Below, one piece after another: positions 36,530-46,572 of a stretch of DNA of 64,000 nucleotides. A program made the position numbers and the translations under genes. This DNA is from Marivivens sp. (GTDB taxonomy: Bacteria > Pseudomonadota > Alphaproteobacteria > Rhodobacterales > Rhodobacteraceae), in contig JAURFB010000002.1 of NCBI GenBank assembly GCA_030827165.1, positions 1,514 through 65,513 on the forward strand, in the 5' to 3' direction. The notes below the pieces were generated by a model, which saw nothing but the letters and a program-made list of their open reading frames with translations, did not search any database and had not been told where the DNA came from. The first letter of the stretch is position 1. Each line of letters begins with the position of its first letter.

Positions 36530-37468
36530 ATGGCACCGCGCAAGATCATCATCGACACCGACCCAGGACAGGACGACGCCGTCGCGATCCTCCTCGCTCT
36601 TGCCAGCCCCGAGCTTGAGGTTCTGGGCATCACTGCCGTTGCAGGCAACGTGCCCCTGCCGCTCACCCAGAAGAACGCCCGCATCATTTGCGAACTGGCC
36701 GGCAAACCCGAAACCCGTGTTTTCGCCGGTTGCGATGCGCCGTTGAAGCGCAAGCTCGTCACCGCAGAACACGTCCACGGCAAGACCGGCCTCGACGGCC
36801 CGAAGATGGATGATCCGACCATGCCGCTCGAGGATCAGCACGCCGTCGATTTCCTCATCGAGACGTTGCGGAGCGAGCCGGAAAAGACCGTCACCCTCTG
36901 CCCCCTCGGCCCCCTGACCAATATCGCCTCCGCCTTCCTGAAGGCCCCCGACATCATCCCCCGCGTGCAAGAAATCGTTCTGATGGGCGGCGCCTATTTC
37001 GAAGTGGGCAACATCACGCCTGCGGCCGAGTTCAACATCTATGTCGATCCCGAAGCCGCCGAGATCATTTTCAAGTCCGGCGTGCCGCTGGTTGTCATGC
37101 CGCTCGACGTGACCCACAAGGCGCTGGCCACCCGGCCGCGGATCGAGTCCTTCCGCAACCTGGGCACCAGGCCCGGAACCATGGTCGCCGAATGGACTGA
37201 TTTCTTCGAGCGGTTCGACATGGAGAAATACGGCAGCCAGGGCGCGCCGCTGCACGATCCTTGCGTGATCGCCTACCTTCTCGACCCCTATCTCTTCTCG
37301 GGCCGCGAAATCAATGTCGAGATCGAGACCACCTCCGAGCTGACCCTCGGCATGACCGTGGCCGACTGGTGGCGCGTCACCAAACGCGCGCCCAACTGCC
37401 TTTTCATCGGCGACATTCAGGCCGACGGTTTCTTCCGCTTGCTGACCGACCGGATCGGCCGCCTCTGA
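36530..37468 (+). CDS. Nucleoside hydrolase (IUNH family)
   Basis: AAGGAG lies 8 nt upstream of the ATG at 36530. The N-terminus reads KIIIDTDPGQDDAVAILLA, the DTDPGxDD signature. Confidence 0.85.
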   Translation: MAPRKIIIDTDPGQDDAVAILLALASPELEVLGITAVAGNVPLPLTQKNARIICELAGKPETRVFAGCDAPLKRKLVTAEHVHGKTGLDGPKMDDPTMPLEDQHAVDFLIETLRSEPEKTVTLCPLGPLTNIASAFLKAPDIIPRVQEIVLMGGAYFEVGNITPAAEFNIYVDPEAAEIIFKSGVPLVVMPLDVTHKALATRPRIESFRNLGTRPGTMVAEWTDFFERFDMEKYGSQGAPLHDPCVIAYLLDPYLFSGREINVEIETTSELTLGMTVADWWRVTKRAPNCLFIGDIQADGFFRLLTDRIGRL

Positions 37469-37914
37469 TGGCGGCCCTCACCCTTTGCCGCCCAGAGGAC
37501 GCGGAGCGCCTCGCCGACCTGATGTCCCGCTTTGCCGCCGAATACGGGCTTGCGGGGCAAGATGAAGCGCGAAACGCCGCCGTCAGGCCGCTTCTCGAAG
37601 GGTCGCCCTATGGCGCGGCCTATCTTTTCGGCCCGCCCCGCGCACCGACCGGCTATCTGGTGGTGACTTTCGGCTGGTCGATCGAGCTTGGCGGGATGGA
37701 GGCATGGATCGACGAGATCTATGTCCGCACCGCCGTGCGTGGCCGCGGCCTTGCCACAGAGGCGCTCTTTGCGCTTGCCCGCGCCCTGCGCGAGGCGGAG
37801 GTCGCCGCGATCCACCTTGAGGTCGACCGCGACGATCCGGCGGCGCAGAAACTCTACCACAAATGCGGATTCGCCCTGCGCGAGCCCTATTCCCTGATGA
37901 CGATGGCCCTCTAG
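37468..37914 (+). CDS. GNAT family N-acetyltransferase
   Basis: The ATG overlaps the hydrolase stop (TGATG). It has IYVRTAVRGRGLATEAL and KLYHKCGF. Confidence 0.7.
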   Translation: MAALTLCRPEDAERLADLMSRFAAEYGLAGQDEARNAAVRPLLEGSPYGAAYLFGPPRAPTGYLVVTFGWSIELGGMEAWIDEIYVRTAVRGRGLATEALFALARALREAEVAAIHLEVDRDDPAAQKLYHKCGFALREPYSLMTMAL

Positions 37915-38801
37915 GCCTTCTTCGGCGGCCGGTTGATCAACAAGATCCCTGCCGCCACCAAAGCCAACGCCACGACGATCACCGGACCGATCTCTTCGCC
38001 GAGTATCAGCCATCCGAGAAAGACCGAAAAGACCGGCGAGAGAAAGCTGAACGAGGCCACGCCCGAGGCGGGATAGATTGACAGAAGCCAGAGCCAGAAA
38101 ATGAACCCCGCGCTGACGACCACCACGATCTGAAAAGCCAGCGCCCAAAGGTGGATCGGCTCAAGCTCGCGGATCAGCGGACCAAAGAGCGGCGCGGCAA
38201 GCAAGAGGATCGGCCCCGAAACGGCGACCTGTATCCAGAGCTGAACCTCGGGCCCGGCCTGTTTCAGCGGCGAGGCCTTGGCCATCAATGCCGTGATCGC
38301 CCACCCCACAGCGCCACCCAGCGCGGCAAGGTCGCCCAGAAAGCTTCCCCCGCCCCCCTGCCCGCGCCCGAACAGCGCCACGGCGACGCCGCCCAGCGCC
38401 AGCATCAGGCCCAGGGCTTTCATCGGCGTCACCCTGTCATCGGGCAGAGCGAAATGGGCAATCACCGCCATCCAGACCGGCATCGAATAGAACAAGATCC
38501 CGCTGCGGGCGACGGTGGTCAGATCAAGCGCGATGAACAGAAGCAGAAACTCGCCCGCGAAAAAGACACCGGCAATGATCCCCGCCAGCAGCGCTCCTTT
38601 CGGAAAGCGCAGCGGAATCCCCCGCCACCAAAGCCAGAGCCCGACACATACCACCGCCCCGACCGACCTGAGCCCCGCGAAGAACGCCGGCTGCAAGCCG
38701 GAATTCGCGACCTTCACCACCACCTGATTGAACGCCAGCAGAAGCGCGAACGCGATGAGCGAGCCCGCCCCGAAGGCGTCAATATGTGTCTTGCGGTCCA
38801 T
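37911..38801 (-). CDS. DMT superfamily (EamA-like) transporter
   Basis: It has about ten TM segments in two EamA repeats. I chose the start at MDRKTHID; the track start at 38855 lies in a repeat element. Confidence 0.8.
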   Translation of the reverse strand: MDRKTHIDAFGAGSLIAFALLLAFNQVVVKVANSGLQPAFFAGLRSVGAVVCVGLWLWWRGIPLRFPKGALLAGIIAGVFFAGEFLLLFIALDLTTVARSGILFYSMPVWMAVIAHFALPDDRVTPMKALGLMLALGGVAVALFGRGQGGGGSFLGDLAALGGAVGWAITALMAKASPLKQAGPEVQLWIQVAVSGPILLLAAPLFGPLIRELEPIHLWALAFQIVVVVSAGFIFWLWLLSIYPASGVASFSFLSPVFSVFLGWLILGEEIGPVIVVALALVAAGILLINRPPKKA

Positions 38802-38841
38802 GGCGCCAAAAGACGGCCCCTCCTGCGGACTGTCAACGCCC

Positions 38842-38899
38842 CTTCTTTTGGCCAAAAATACTCCGGGGGAGCGCCGCGAGGCGCGGGGGCAGAGCCCCC
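38842..38899 (+). repeat. Short intergenic repeat, copy 2
   Basis: CTTCTTTTGGCC-AAA-AAATACTCC is followed by the GC hairpins GCGCC-GCGA-GGCGC and GGGGG-CAGAG-CCCCC. Confidence 0.4.
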
Positions 38900-38927
38900 A
38901 AAGAAAAACGGGCCCCGAAGGGCCCGT
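38900..38927 (-). terminator. Intrinsic terminator downstream of ppiA
   Basis: On the minus strand ACGGGCCC-TTCG-GGGCCCGT is followed by TTTTTCTTT. Confidence 0.6.
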
Positions 38928-38950
38928 CCCAGCCTGCCACCGAGCAGGCG

Positions 38951-39494
38951 CTATTCCGTCACGACGACCTTGGTCATCACATCCGGGCGGCCGATCACCG
39001 CGCCGTTCTGGCCTTCACCCCGCTTGATGCGGTCAACCACATCCATCCCCGAAATCACCTCGCCAATGACCGTATACTGGCCATTCAAGAAATCACCGGG
39101 CGCAAACATGATGAAAAACTGGCTATTGGCCGAGTTCGGATCATTGGCGCGCGCCATGCCGACGATACCCCGCGCGAAAGGGGTGGACGAGAACTCGGCC
39201 GGCAGATCGGGCAGCGACGAGCCACCCAAACCGGCAAGCGACATATCGCCGCCGACCTTGCCGAATTCCACATCTCCCGTCTGGGCCATGAAGCCGTCGA
39301 TCACGCGGTGAAACACCACGCCGTCATAGGCCCCCTGCTCCGCCAGCGCGGTGATCTGAGCGACATGGGCCGGGGCCAGATCCTCGAACAGGTGAATCAC
39401 TATCTTGCCGTTGGCTTCGCCCGAGACGGTGATCTCGAGGTTTGCGGCCAGCGCCGGAGAGGCGGAAAGACCGAAAGCCAGAACGGCGGCAAGT

Positions 39495-39502
<8 letters not shown>
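38951..39502 (-). CDS. ppiA: Peptidyl-prolyl cis-trans isomerase, cyclophilin type, periplasmic
   Basis: It has the signal peptide MNKLAAVLAFGLSASPALA and the cyclophilin core FHRVIDGFMAQTGD...SANSQFFIMF. Confidence 0.85.
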
Positions 39503-40001
<499 letters not shown>

Positions 40002-40133
40002 TGGGCTCTCCTTTAAGTCCTGTTCTTCGGGCTGAGACATATGCTCACAGGCAGGGCTTGCCAAGTGATCTAGCTTGACCGGCCTACTATAAGCGATATC
40101 GAAGGGCCGCTATCGGATAACAGGGAGCACGTG

Positions 40134-41312
40134 ATGGGTTGGAAATCGCTGGATGACATGGACCTCAAGGGCAAGCGCGTGCTTGTGCGGGTTGATATCA
40201 ACGTGCCGTTCGAAAACGGGCAGGTCTCTGACACCACAAGAATCGACCGCATCGTCCCGACGATCAACGACATTCTCGCCGCCGGCGGCACCCCGATCCT
40301 GATGGCTCATTTCGGCCGCCCCAAGGGCAAGCCGGCTCCTGAAATGAGCTTGCGGATCACCCTGCCCGCCCTCGAAGCCGCACTTGGCCGCCGTGTGACC
40401 TTCATCGAAAAGCCGAGCCGAGAGGCGATCAACGCCATGCCCTACGCTTCGGTCGTCCTGCTTGAGAACACCCGTTTCACCCCGATGGAGGAAGCCAACG
40501 ATCCGGCGATGGCCAAGTTTCTTGCCTCGCTCGGCGATGTCTTTTGCAACGACGCCTTCTCGGCGGCCCACCGTGCGCATGCCTCGACAGAGGGCGTGGC
40601 ACATCTGCTGCCTTCCTGTGCGGGCCGCCTCATGGCCGAAGAACTTGGCGCCCTCGATCAGGCTCTTGGCACCCCGCAGCGCCCGGTGGTGGCCGTGGTT
40701 GGCGGCGCGAAGGTCTCGACCAAGCTTGAGCTTCTGGGCAATCTTGTCAGCAAGGTCGATCATCTGGTGATCGGCGGCGGCATGGCCAACACCTTCCTTG
40801 CCGCGCAAGGGATCAATGTCGGCAAATCGCTCTGCGAGCATGACCTTGCAGAGACCGCCCGCGACATCCTCAGGAAAGCTGAGGCCGCTGGCTGCGAGGT
40901 GATCTTGCCCCGCGATATCGTCGTGGCGCGCGAGTTCAAGGCGAATGCGGCGAACGAAACCCTCGCCCCCGACGCCTGCCCCGCCGATGCGATTATCCTC
41001 GACGCGGGCCCCGCCACGGTGGCCTATATTTCCGAAGTTCTCGACAAGGCCAAGACGCTCGTCTGGAACGGACCGCTCGGCGCATTCGAGATCGCCCCCT
41101 TCGATGCGGCCACCAACGCCGCCGCTTCCAAGGCGGCCGAACTTTCGCGCGCGGGCAAATTGATTTCCGTGGCCGGCGGCGGCGATACCGTTGCCGCGCT
41201 CAACCAGGCGGGCGCGGCGAAAGACTTTACCTATATCTCCACCGCAGGCGGCGCATTCCTTGAATGGATGGAAGGCAAGGTCCTGCCCGGTGTGGCCGCT
41301 CTCGAAGCCTGA
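40134..41312 (+). CDS. pgk: Phosphoglycerate kinase
   Basis: It has [20 protein letters not shown] and GGGDT. I prefer the ATG at 40134, which has GGGAG upstream, over the GTG at 40131. Confidence 0.93.
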   Translation: MGWKSLDDMDLKGKRVLVRVDINVPFENGQVSDTTRIDRIVPTINDILAAGGTPILMAHFGRPKGKPAPEMSLRITLPALEAALGRRVTFIEKPSREAINAMPYASVVLLENTRFTPMEEANDPAMAKFLASLGDVFCNDAFSAAHRAHASTEGVAHLLPSCAGRLMAEELGALDQALGTPQRPVVAVVGGAKVSTKLELLGNLVSKVDHLVIGGGMANTFLAAQGINVGKSLCEHDLAETARDILRKAEAAGCEVILPRDIVVAREFKANAANETLAPDACPADAIILDAGPATVAYISEVLDKAKTLVWNGPLGAFEIAPFDAATNAAASKAAELSRAGKLISVAGGGDTVAALNQAGAAKDFTYISTAGGAFLEWMEGKVLPGVAALEA

Positions 41313-41392
41313 GCGACCGTTAGCGCGACCATGATTGATTGCCTCTCGGGCACGGGCTATGCCCTGCCTGAGACCAGTCAAGGAGTGCCGCC

Positions 41393-42286
41393 ATGCCCAA
41401 CCGCGAACAGACAGACCAGCTGCGGAAAGGGGCGGGCTTTATCGCCGCGCTCGACCAGTCGGGCGGCTCGACGCCAAAGGCGCTGCGCCTCTATGGCGTC
41501 GAAGAAAGCGCCTATGGCTCCGAGGCCGAAATGTTCGACCTGATCCACGCGATGCGCGCCCGGATCATCAAATCCCCCGCCTTCACCGGCGACAAGGTTG
41601 TCGGCGCGATCCTCTTTGAACAGACCATGGACCGCGCGATCGACGGCATCCCGACCGCGACCTATCTTTGGGACAACCGCCATGTCGTCCCCTTCCTCAA
41701 GATCGACAAGGGGCTCGAGGCTGAAGTTAACGGCTGCCAGATGCTCAAGGCCATGCCGGGGCTTGATGCGCTGCTGGCTCGCGCCGCGAAGATGGGCATT
41801 TATGGCACCAAGGAACGCTCGGTCATCAGCGCGACCAATGCCGAGGGGATCGAGGCTGTCGTGGCCCAACAGCTTGACGTGGCCAGGCAGGTTCTGGCCG
41901 CTGGCCTGGTGCCGATCATCGAGCCCGAAGTGACCATCTCGATCGCTGACAAGGCCGGGGCCGAAAAGCTTCTGCTCGGCGCGCTTCTGCGCCATCTCGA
42001 TGCGATGACAGGTGACGCGCAGGTGATGCTCAAGCTGACCTTGCCGAGTGAGGCCAATCTCTATGCGCCGCTCGTGGATCATCCCCGCGTTCTCAAAGTC
42101 GTGGCGCTTTCTGGCGGCTACAGCCGCGCCGAGGCCAATGCCCTTCTTGCGCAAAACCGCGGCATGATCGCCTCGTTCAGCCGCGCCTTGACCGAAGGCC
42201 TCTCGGCCCAGCAAAGCGATGCCGAGTTCGACGCGACCCTCGCCGGCGCCATCGACACGATCTATCGCGCCTCGATCGCCGGATAG
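41393..42286 (+). CDS. fba: Fructose-bisphosphate aldolase, class I
   Basis: It has GFIAALDQSGGSTPKAL and VVPFLKIDKGL (the Schiff-base Lys region). AAGGAG lies upstream. Confidence 0.88.
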   Translation: MPNREQTDQLRKGAGFIAALDQSGGSTPKALRLYGVEESAYGSEAEMFDLIHAMRARIIKSPAFTGDKVVGAILFEQTMDRAIDGIPTATYLWDNRHVVPFLKIDKGLEAEVNGCQMLKAMPGLDALLARAAKMGIYGTKERSVISATNAEGIEAVVAQQLDVARQVLAAGLVPIIEPEVTISIADKAGAEKLLLGALLRHLDAMTGDAQVMLKLTLPSEANLYAPLVDHPRVLKVVALSGGYSRAEANALLAQNRGMIASFSRALTEGLSAQQSDAEFDATLAGAIDTIYRASIAG

Positions 42287-42378
42287 GGCAGATTCCCCGC
42301 ATTTGGGGGATTCACAAAGCGAATCAGATGTGCGAATCTCTGCCCTAGCCGCCCGTCAGAGGTGGCACGAGGCAGAAT

Positions 42379-42678
42379 ATGGTCAGCAGTCCCCGCCCCA
42401 ATCTGGGCCCCTTGATCTACTTTACGGCTACCTTGACGGTGGGCGTCTATTTCGCCTTTGCCGCCGTGCAGGGCAATTTCGGCATCTTTCGCCGCGCCGA
42501 AGTCGATGCCGAAGCCGCGAGCCTGTCGCTAGAGCTTGGCAAGCTGCAAGCCGAGGTAGACCGCATGGAAAACCTGACCCGTCGCCTCTCGGACAGCTAC
42601 CTTGACCTCGACCTTCTCGACCAACAGGCCCGTGACGTGCTTGGCATGATCCGCGCCGACGAGATCGTGATCCGCTGA
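42379..42678 (+). CDS. ftsB: Septum formation initiator family protein (FtsB/DivIC-like)
   Basis: The 99-aa ORF has one N-terminal TM segment, a coiled coil (LELGKLQAEVDRMENLTRRL) and DLLDQQARDVLGM. Confidence 0.7.
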   Translation: MVSSPRPNLGPLIYFTATLTVGVYFAFAAVQGNFGIFRRAEVDAEAASLSLELGKLQAEVDRMENLTRRLSDSYLDLDLLDQQARDVLGMIRADEIVIR

Positions 42679-42770
42679 CCCTGATTTGCGCCCCGCGCAT
42701 GGCACCTATTCCGCTTCGCGTTAGCGATCGTCGCATTGACGCTCGCTTTTCAAAACGGCATCCTCTATAG

Positions 42771-42790
42771 ATAGTTTAACACTAAACTAT
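42771..42790. promoter_or_regulatory. Perfect 8-4-8 inverted repeat ATAGTTTA-ACAC-TAAACTAT upstream of pdhA
   Basis: I verified it by reverse-complementing. It lies 26 nt upstream of the pdhA ATG and is strikingly AT-rich for this genome. Confidence 0.4.
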
Positions 42791-42815
42791 TTTACTTTTG
42801 CCATATGGAGGAGTC

Positions 42816-43805
42816 ATGGCCGCGAAGAACCCCGCGCAGACACCCAACGTTTCAGCTGAGGAATTGCTTGGCTACTACCGGGAAATGCTGCTTATCCGCC
42901 GCTTCGAAGAGAAGGCCGGCCAGCTTTACGGCATGGGCCTGATCGGTGGCTTTTGCCACCTCTATATCGGTCAGGAAGCCGTCGTTGTTGGCCTTGAGGC
43001 CTGCACCAAGGAGGGCGACAAGCGCATCACCTCCTACCGCGACCACGGGCATATGCTCGCTTGCGGGATGGACGCCAAGGGCGTCATGGCCGAGCTTACC
43101 GGGCGCGAGGGCGGCTATTCCAATGGCAAGGGCGGCTCGATGCACATGTTCTCGAAAGAGAAGCATTTCTACGGCGGCCACGGCATCGTCGGCGCACAGG
43201 TGCCGCTGGGTGCGGGTCTTGCCTTTTCCGACAAGTATCGCGGCAATGACAACGTGACATTCGCCTATTTCGGCGATGGCGCCTCGAACCAGGGCCAGGT
43301 CTACGAGACCTACAACATGGCCGAGCTTTGGGATCTTCCGGTCGTCTTCGTGATCGAGAACAACCAATACGCCATGGGGACCTCGATGAAACGCTCGACC
43401 AAATCGACCACACTCTATGGCCGCGGTGCCGCCTATGGCATCGCCGGTGAAGAGGTTGATGGCATGTCGGTTCTTGCGGTCAAGGAAGCGGGCGAACGCG
43501 CCGTGGCGCACTGCCGCGCCGGCAAGGGCCCCTATATCCTTGAGGTGAAAACCTATCGCTATCGCGGCCATTCCATGTCGGACCCGGCGAAATACCGGAC
43601 CCGTGAAGAGGTCCAGAAGATGAAGGAAGAACGCGACCCGATCGAGCAGATACGCTCGATTCTTCTGACCGGCAGCCACGCCAGCGAAGACGATCTCAAG
43701 GCCATCGACAAGGAGATCAAGGATATCGTCAACGAGTCGGCCGAATTCGCGAAAACCAGCCCGGAGCCGGACCTGTCCGAACTCTGGACCGATATCTACG
43801 CCTGA
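42816..43805 (+). CDS. pdhA: Pyruvate dehydrogenase E1 component alpha subunit
   Basis: The ATG at 42816 follows GGAGGAG. It has the ThDP motif [17 protein letters not shown] and [11 protein letters not shown]. Confidence 0.92.
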   Translation: MAAKNPAQTPNVSAEELLGYYREMLLIRRFEEKAGQLYGMGLIGGFCHLYIGQEAVVVGLEACTKEGDKRITSYRDHGHMLACGMDAKGVMAELTGREGGYSNGKGGSMHMFSKEKHFYGGHGIVGAQVPLGAGLAFSDKYRGNDNVTFAYFGDGASNQGQVYETYNMAELWDLPVVFVIENNQYAMGTSMKRSTKSTTLYGRGAAYGIAGEEVDGMSVLAVKEAGERAVAHCRAGKGPYILEVKTYRYRGHSMSDPAKYRTREEVQKMKEERDPIEQIRSILLTGSHASEDDLKAIDKEIKDIVNESAEFAKTSPEPDLSELWTDIYA

Positions 43806-43825
43806 GACTGAGGGAGAACAGGACA

Positions 43826-45190
43826 ATGGCTATTGAAATTCTCATGCCCGCCCTTTCCCCCACGATGGAGGAAGGCACGCTGGCCAAATGGCTGGTGAAA
43901 GAAGGCGATACGGTCAAGTCAGGCGATATCCTCGCCGAGATCGAGACCGACAAGGCGACGATGGAGTTTGAAGCGGTCGATGAGGGCGTGATCGGCAAGA
44001 TCCTTGTGGCCGCCGGCACCGAGGGCGTGAAGGTCAACACCGCGATCGCAATCCTTGCGGGCGAAGGCGAGGACGTGAGCGCGGCTCAGGCCGCTGCCGC
44101 TGCCCCTGCCCCTGCCGCCGCACCGGCGGCTTCGTCGGCTCCGGTCGCGCCTGCCGCCCCGGCCACCCCCGTCGCCAATACCACCCCCGACTGGCCCGAA
44201 GGCACCGAGGTCCGCCAACAGACCGTCCGCGAAGCGTTGCGCGACGCGATGGCCGAAGAAATGCGCCGCGATCCGGACGTATTCCTGATGGGCGAAGAGG
44301 TCGGCGAGTACCAAGGCGCCTACAAGATCAGCCAGGGGATGCTCGAGGAATTCGGCGCTAAGCGCGTGATCGACACGCCGATCACCGAGATGGGCTTTGC
44401 CGGGATTGCCACGGGCGCGGCCTTTGGCGGTCTGAAGCCGATCGTCGAGTTCATGACTTTCAACTTCGCCATGCAAGCGGTCGACCACATCGTCAACTCG
44501 GCCGCCAAGACGCTTTATATGTCGGGCGGTCAGATGGGCGCGCCCATGGTGTTCCGTGGCCCCAACGGCGCGGCGGCCCGCGTGGGCGCCCAGCACAGCC
44601 AGGACTATGCCGCCTGGTATGCCCAGATCCCGGGCCTCAAGGTCGTCATGCCCTACACGGCGGCCGACTATAAGGGCCTGATGAAAAGCGCGATCCGCGA
44701 TCCCAACCCGGTGATCTTCCTCGAAAACGAGATCCTCTACGGCAAGAGCTTCGACGTGCCGGTGTTGGACGATTTCACCATCCCGCTCGGCAAGGCCCGC
44801 ATTGCCCGCGCCGGCACGGATGTAACCATCATCTCCTTCGGCATCGGCATGACCTATGCGATGGACGCGGCCGAAAAGCTTGCCGCCGACGGCATCAACG
44901 CCGAGGTTATCGATCTTCGCAGCCTGCGCCCGCTCGATTATGACACCGTGCTCGCCTCGGTGATGAAGACCAACCGCTGCGTGACGGTCGAAGAGGGCTG
45001 GCCCGTTGCTTCGATCGGCAACCACCTCTCGGCCTATATCATGACCCACGCTTTCGATTACCTCGATGCGCCGGTCCTGAACTGCACGGGCAAGGATGTT
45101 CCGATGCCCTATGCGGCCAACCTTGAAAAGCACGCTCTTTTGACGACCGACGAAGTAATCGCCGCCGTCCGTCAAGTGACTTACCGCTAA
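43826..45190 (+). CDS. pdhB: Pyruvate dehydrogenase E1 component beta subunit with N-terminal lipoyl domain
   Basis: The N-terminus has a lipoyl domain ([16 protein letters not shown]), then an Ala/Pro linker and a transketolase-like E1 beta body ([15 protein letters not shown]). Confidence 0.92.
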   Translation: MAIEILMPALSPTMEEGTLAKWLVKEGDTVKSGDILAEIETDKATMEFEAVDEGVIGKILVAAGTEGVKVNTAIAILAGEGEDVSAAQAAAAAPAPAAAPAASSAPVAPAAPATPVANTTPDWPEGTEVRQQTVREALRDAMAEEMRRDPDVFLMGEEVGEYQGAYKISQGMLEEFGAKRVIDTPITEMGFAGIATGAAFGGLKPIVEFMTFNFAMQAVDHIVNSAAKTLYMSGGQMGAPMVFRGPNGAAARVGAQHSQDYAAWYAQIPGLKVVMPYTAADYKGLMKSAIRDPNPVIFLENEILYGKSFDVPVLDDFTIPLGKARIARAGTDVTIISFGIGMTYAMDAAEKLAADGINAEVIDLRSLRPLDYDTVLASVMKTNRCVTVEEGWPVASIGNHLSAYIMTHAFDYLDAPVLNCTGKDVPMPYAANLEKHALLTTDEVIAAVRQVTYR

Positions 45191-45201
45191 GGAGAAACGC
45201 G

Positions 45202-46491
45202 ATGCCCACAGAAATCCTGATGCCCGCGCTGTCTCCGACGATGGAGGAAGGCACGTTGGCCAAATGGCTGGTCAAGGAAGGTGACGCCGTCAAATCCGGC
45301 GACATTCTTGCCGAGATCGAGACCGACAAGGCGACGATGGAATTTGAAGCCGTCGACGAAGGCGTGATCGGCAAGATCCTCGTGGCCGCCGGCACCGAGG
45401 GCGTGAAAGTCAACGCGCCGATTGCTGTGTTGCTTGAGGACGGCGAGTCGGTTTCCGACATCGGGACCGCCCCCCCCGCCGCCGCGCCTGTGGCGGCTCC
45501 TTCTGCGGCTCCCACCGCTCCTGCTGCCGCTGCGGCCCCAGCGCCTGCGGCCCCCAAAGCGGCGACGGGCGAGCGCATCTTCGCCTCGCCCCTGGCCCGC
45601 CGGATTGCCGCCCAGAAGGGGCTCGATCTGGCCGCTGTTGCCGGCTCCGGCCCCCACGGTCGGATCGTGAAGGCCGATGTGGAAGGCGCGACCGCCGCGC
45701 CCAAGGCCGCGACCCCCACCGCCGCCCCGGCTGCGTCGGCACCAGCCGCCGCGCCGACCGGCCCCTCGACCGACGTCGTTCTCAAGACCTATGCCGATCG
45801 ACCCTTCACGGAAGTCAAGCTCGACGGGATGCGCAAGACCATCGCCGCCCGCCTGAGCGAAGCCAAGCAGACCGTCCCGCACTTCTATCTGCGCCGCGAT
45901 ATCGAGCTTGACGCGCTCATGGCCTTCCGCGCCCAGCTGAACGCCAGGCTCGAGGCGCGCGGCGTGAAGCTTTCGGTCAACGACTTCATCATCAAGGCCT
46001 GCGCGCTGGCGCTTCAGCAAGTTCCGGCCGCCAACGCCGCCTGGGCGGGCGACCGTGTGTTGCAGTTCGAGAAATCGGACGTAGCGGTGGCTGTGGCGAT
46101 CGAGGGCGGCCTGTTCACCCCTGTGTTGCGCGATTCCGAGACCAAGACCCTATCGGCCCTCTCGACCGAGATGAAAGACCTCGCCAAGCGCGCCCGCGAC
46201 CGCAAGCTTGCCCCGCACGAATATCAGGGCGGCAGTTTTGCGATTTCGAACCTTGGGATGTTCGGCATCGACAATTTCGACGCGATCATCAACCCGCCGC
46301 ACGCCGCGATCCTCGCGGTTGGCGCGGGCGTGAAGAAGCCGGTGGTCAAGGCTGATGGTTCGCTCGGCGTGGCGACCGTGATGTCGGTGACGCTCTCGGT
46401 CGATCACCGGGTGATCGACGGGGCGCTTGGGGCAAACCTCTTGCAGGCGATCAAGGACAACCTTGAAAACCCGATCGCGATGCTGGCCTGA
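45202..46491 (+). CDS. pdhC: Pyruvate dehydrogenase E2 dihydrolipoamide acetyltransferase
   Basis: It has a lipoyl domain, a peripheral subunit-binding domain ([17 protein letters not shown]) and a catalytic domain with DHRVIDG. Confidence 0.9.
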   Translation: MPTEILMPALSPTMEEGTLAKWLVKEGDAVKSGDILAEIETDKATMEFEAVDEGVIGKILVAAGTEGVKVNAPIAVLLEDGESVSDIGTAPPAAAPVAAPSAAPTAPAAAAAPAPAAPKAATGERIFASPLARRIAAQKGLDLAAVAGSGPHGRIVKADVEGATAAPKAATPTAAPAASAPAAAPTGPSTDVVLKTYADRPFTEVKLDGMRKTIAARLSEAKQTVPHFYLRRDIELDALMAFRAQLNARLEARGVKLSVNDFIIKACALALQQVPAANAAWAGDRVLQFEKSDVAVAVAIEGGLFTPVLRDSETKTLSALSTEMKDLAKRARDRKLAPHEYQGGSFAISNLGMFGIDNFDAIINPPHAAILAVGAGVKKPVVKADGSLGVATVMSVTLSVDHRVIDGALGANLLQAIKDNLENPIAMLA

Positions 46492-46510
46492 TCTGACTTT
46501 GCACACGAAA

Positions 46511-46549
46511 AACAAACCCCGCGTCGTTGGCGCGGGGTTTGTTGTTTCG
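46511..46549. terminator. Bidirectional intrinsic terminator between convergent pdhC and cysE
   Basis: A 13-bp stem (AACAAACCCCGCG / CGCGGGGTTTGTT) has a 7-nt loop. It is flanked by an A-run upstream and GTTTCG downstream. Confidence 0.75.
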
Positions 46550-46572
46550 AAACAAGGCGGAAATCGTCGGCC

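Noticed and set aside
36104-37468. A single 454-aa ORF covering the oxygenase 3' end through the nucleoside hydrolase.
   Set aside because: The first 55 codons overlap the oxygenase in another frame. The hydrolase has its own strong RBS and a canonical N-terminus at 36530. The intermediate 87 codons are treated separately as a finding.
40065-40130. Imperfect dyads upstream of pgk (CGATATCG; GCTATCGGATAAC), considered as further LacI-type sites.
   Set aside because: They have odd-length or weak symmetry (10/13) and no resemblance to the edd palindrome beyond chance.
42287-42378. A possible terminator or long imperfect hairpin after fba (GGGCAGATTC ... GAATCTCTGCCC with an inner CCCC/GGGG stem).
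   Set aside because: The arms are interrupted, the inner stem is only about 5 bp, and no T-run follows. It may still be structured, but I cannot support a call.
44080-44180. GC-rich reiterated GCC/GCG/CCG tracts in pdhB (and at 45470..45560 and 45700..45770 in pdhC), considered as tandem DNA repeats.
   Set aside because: They encode the Ala/Pro-rich flexible linkers between the lipoyl, binding and catalytic domains. This is expected protein-level low complexity, not a DNA repeat element.
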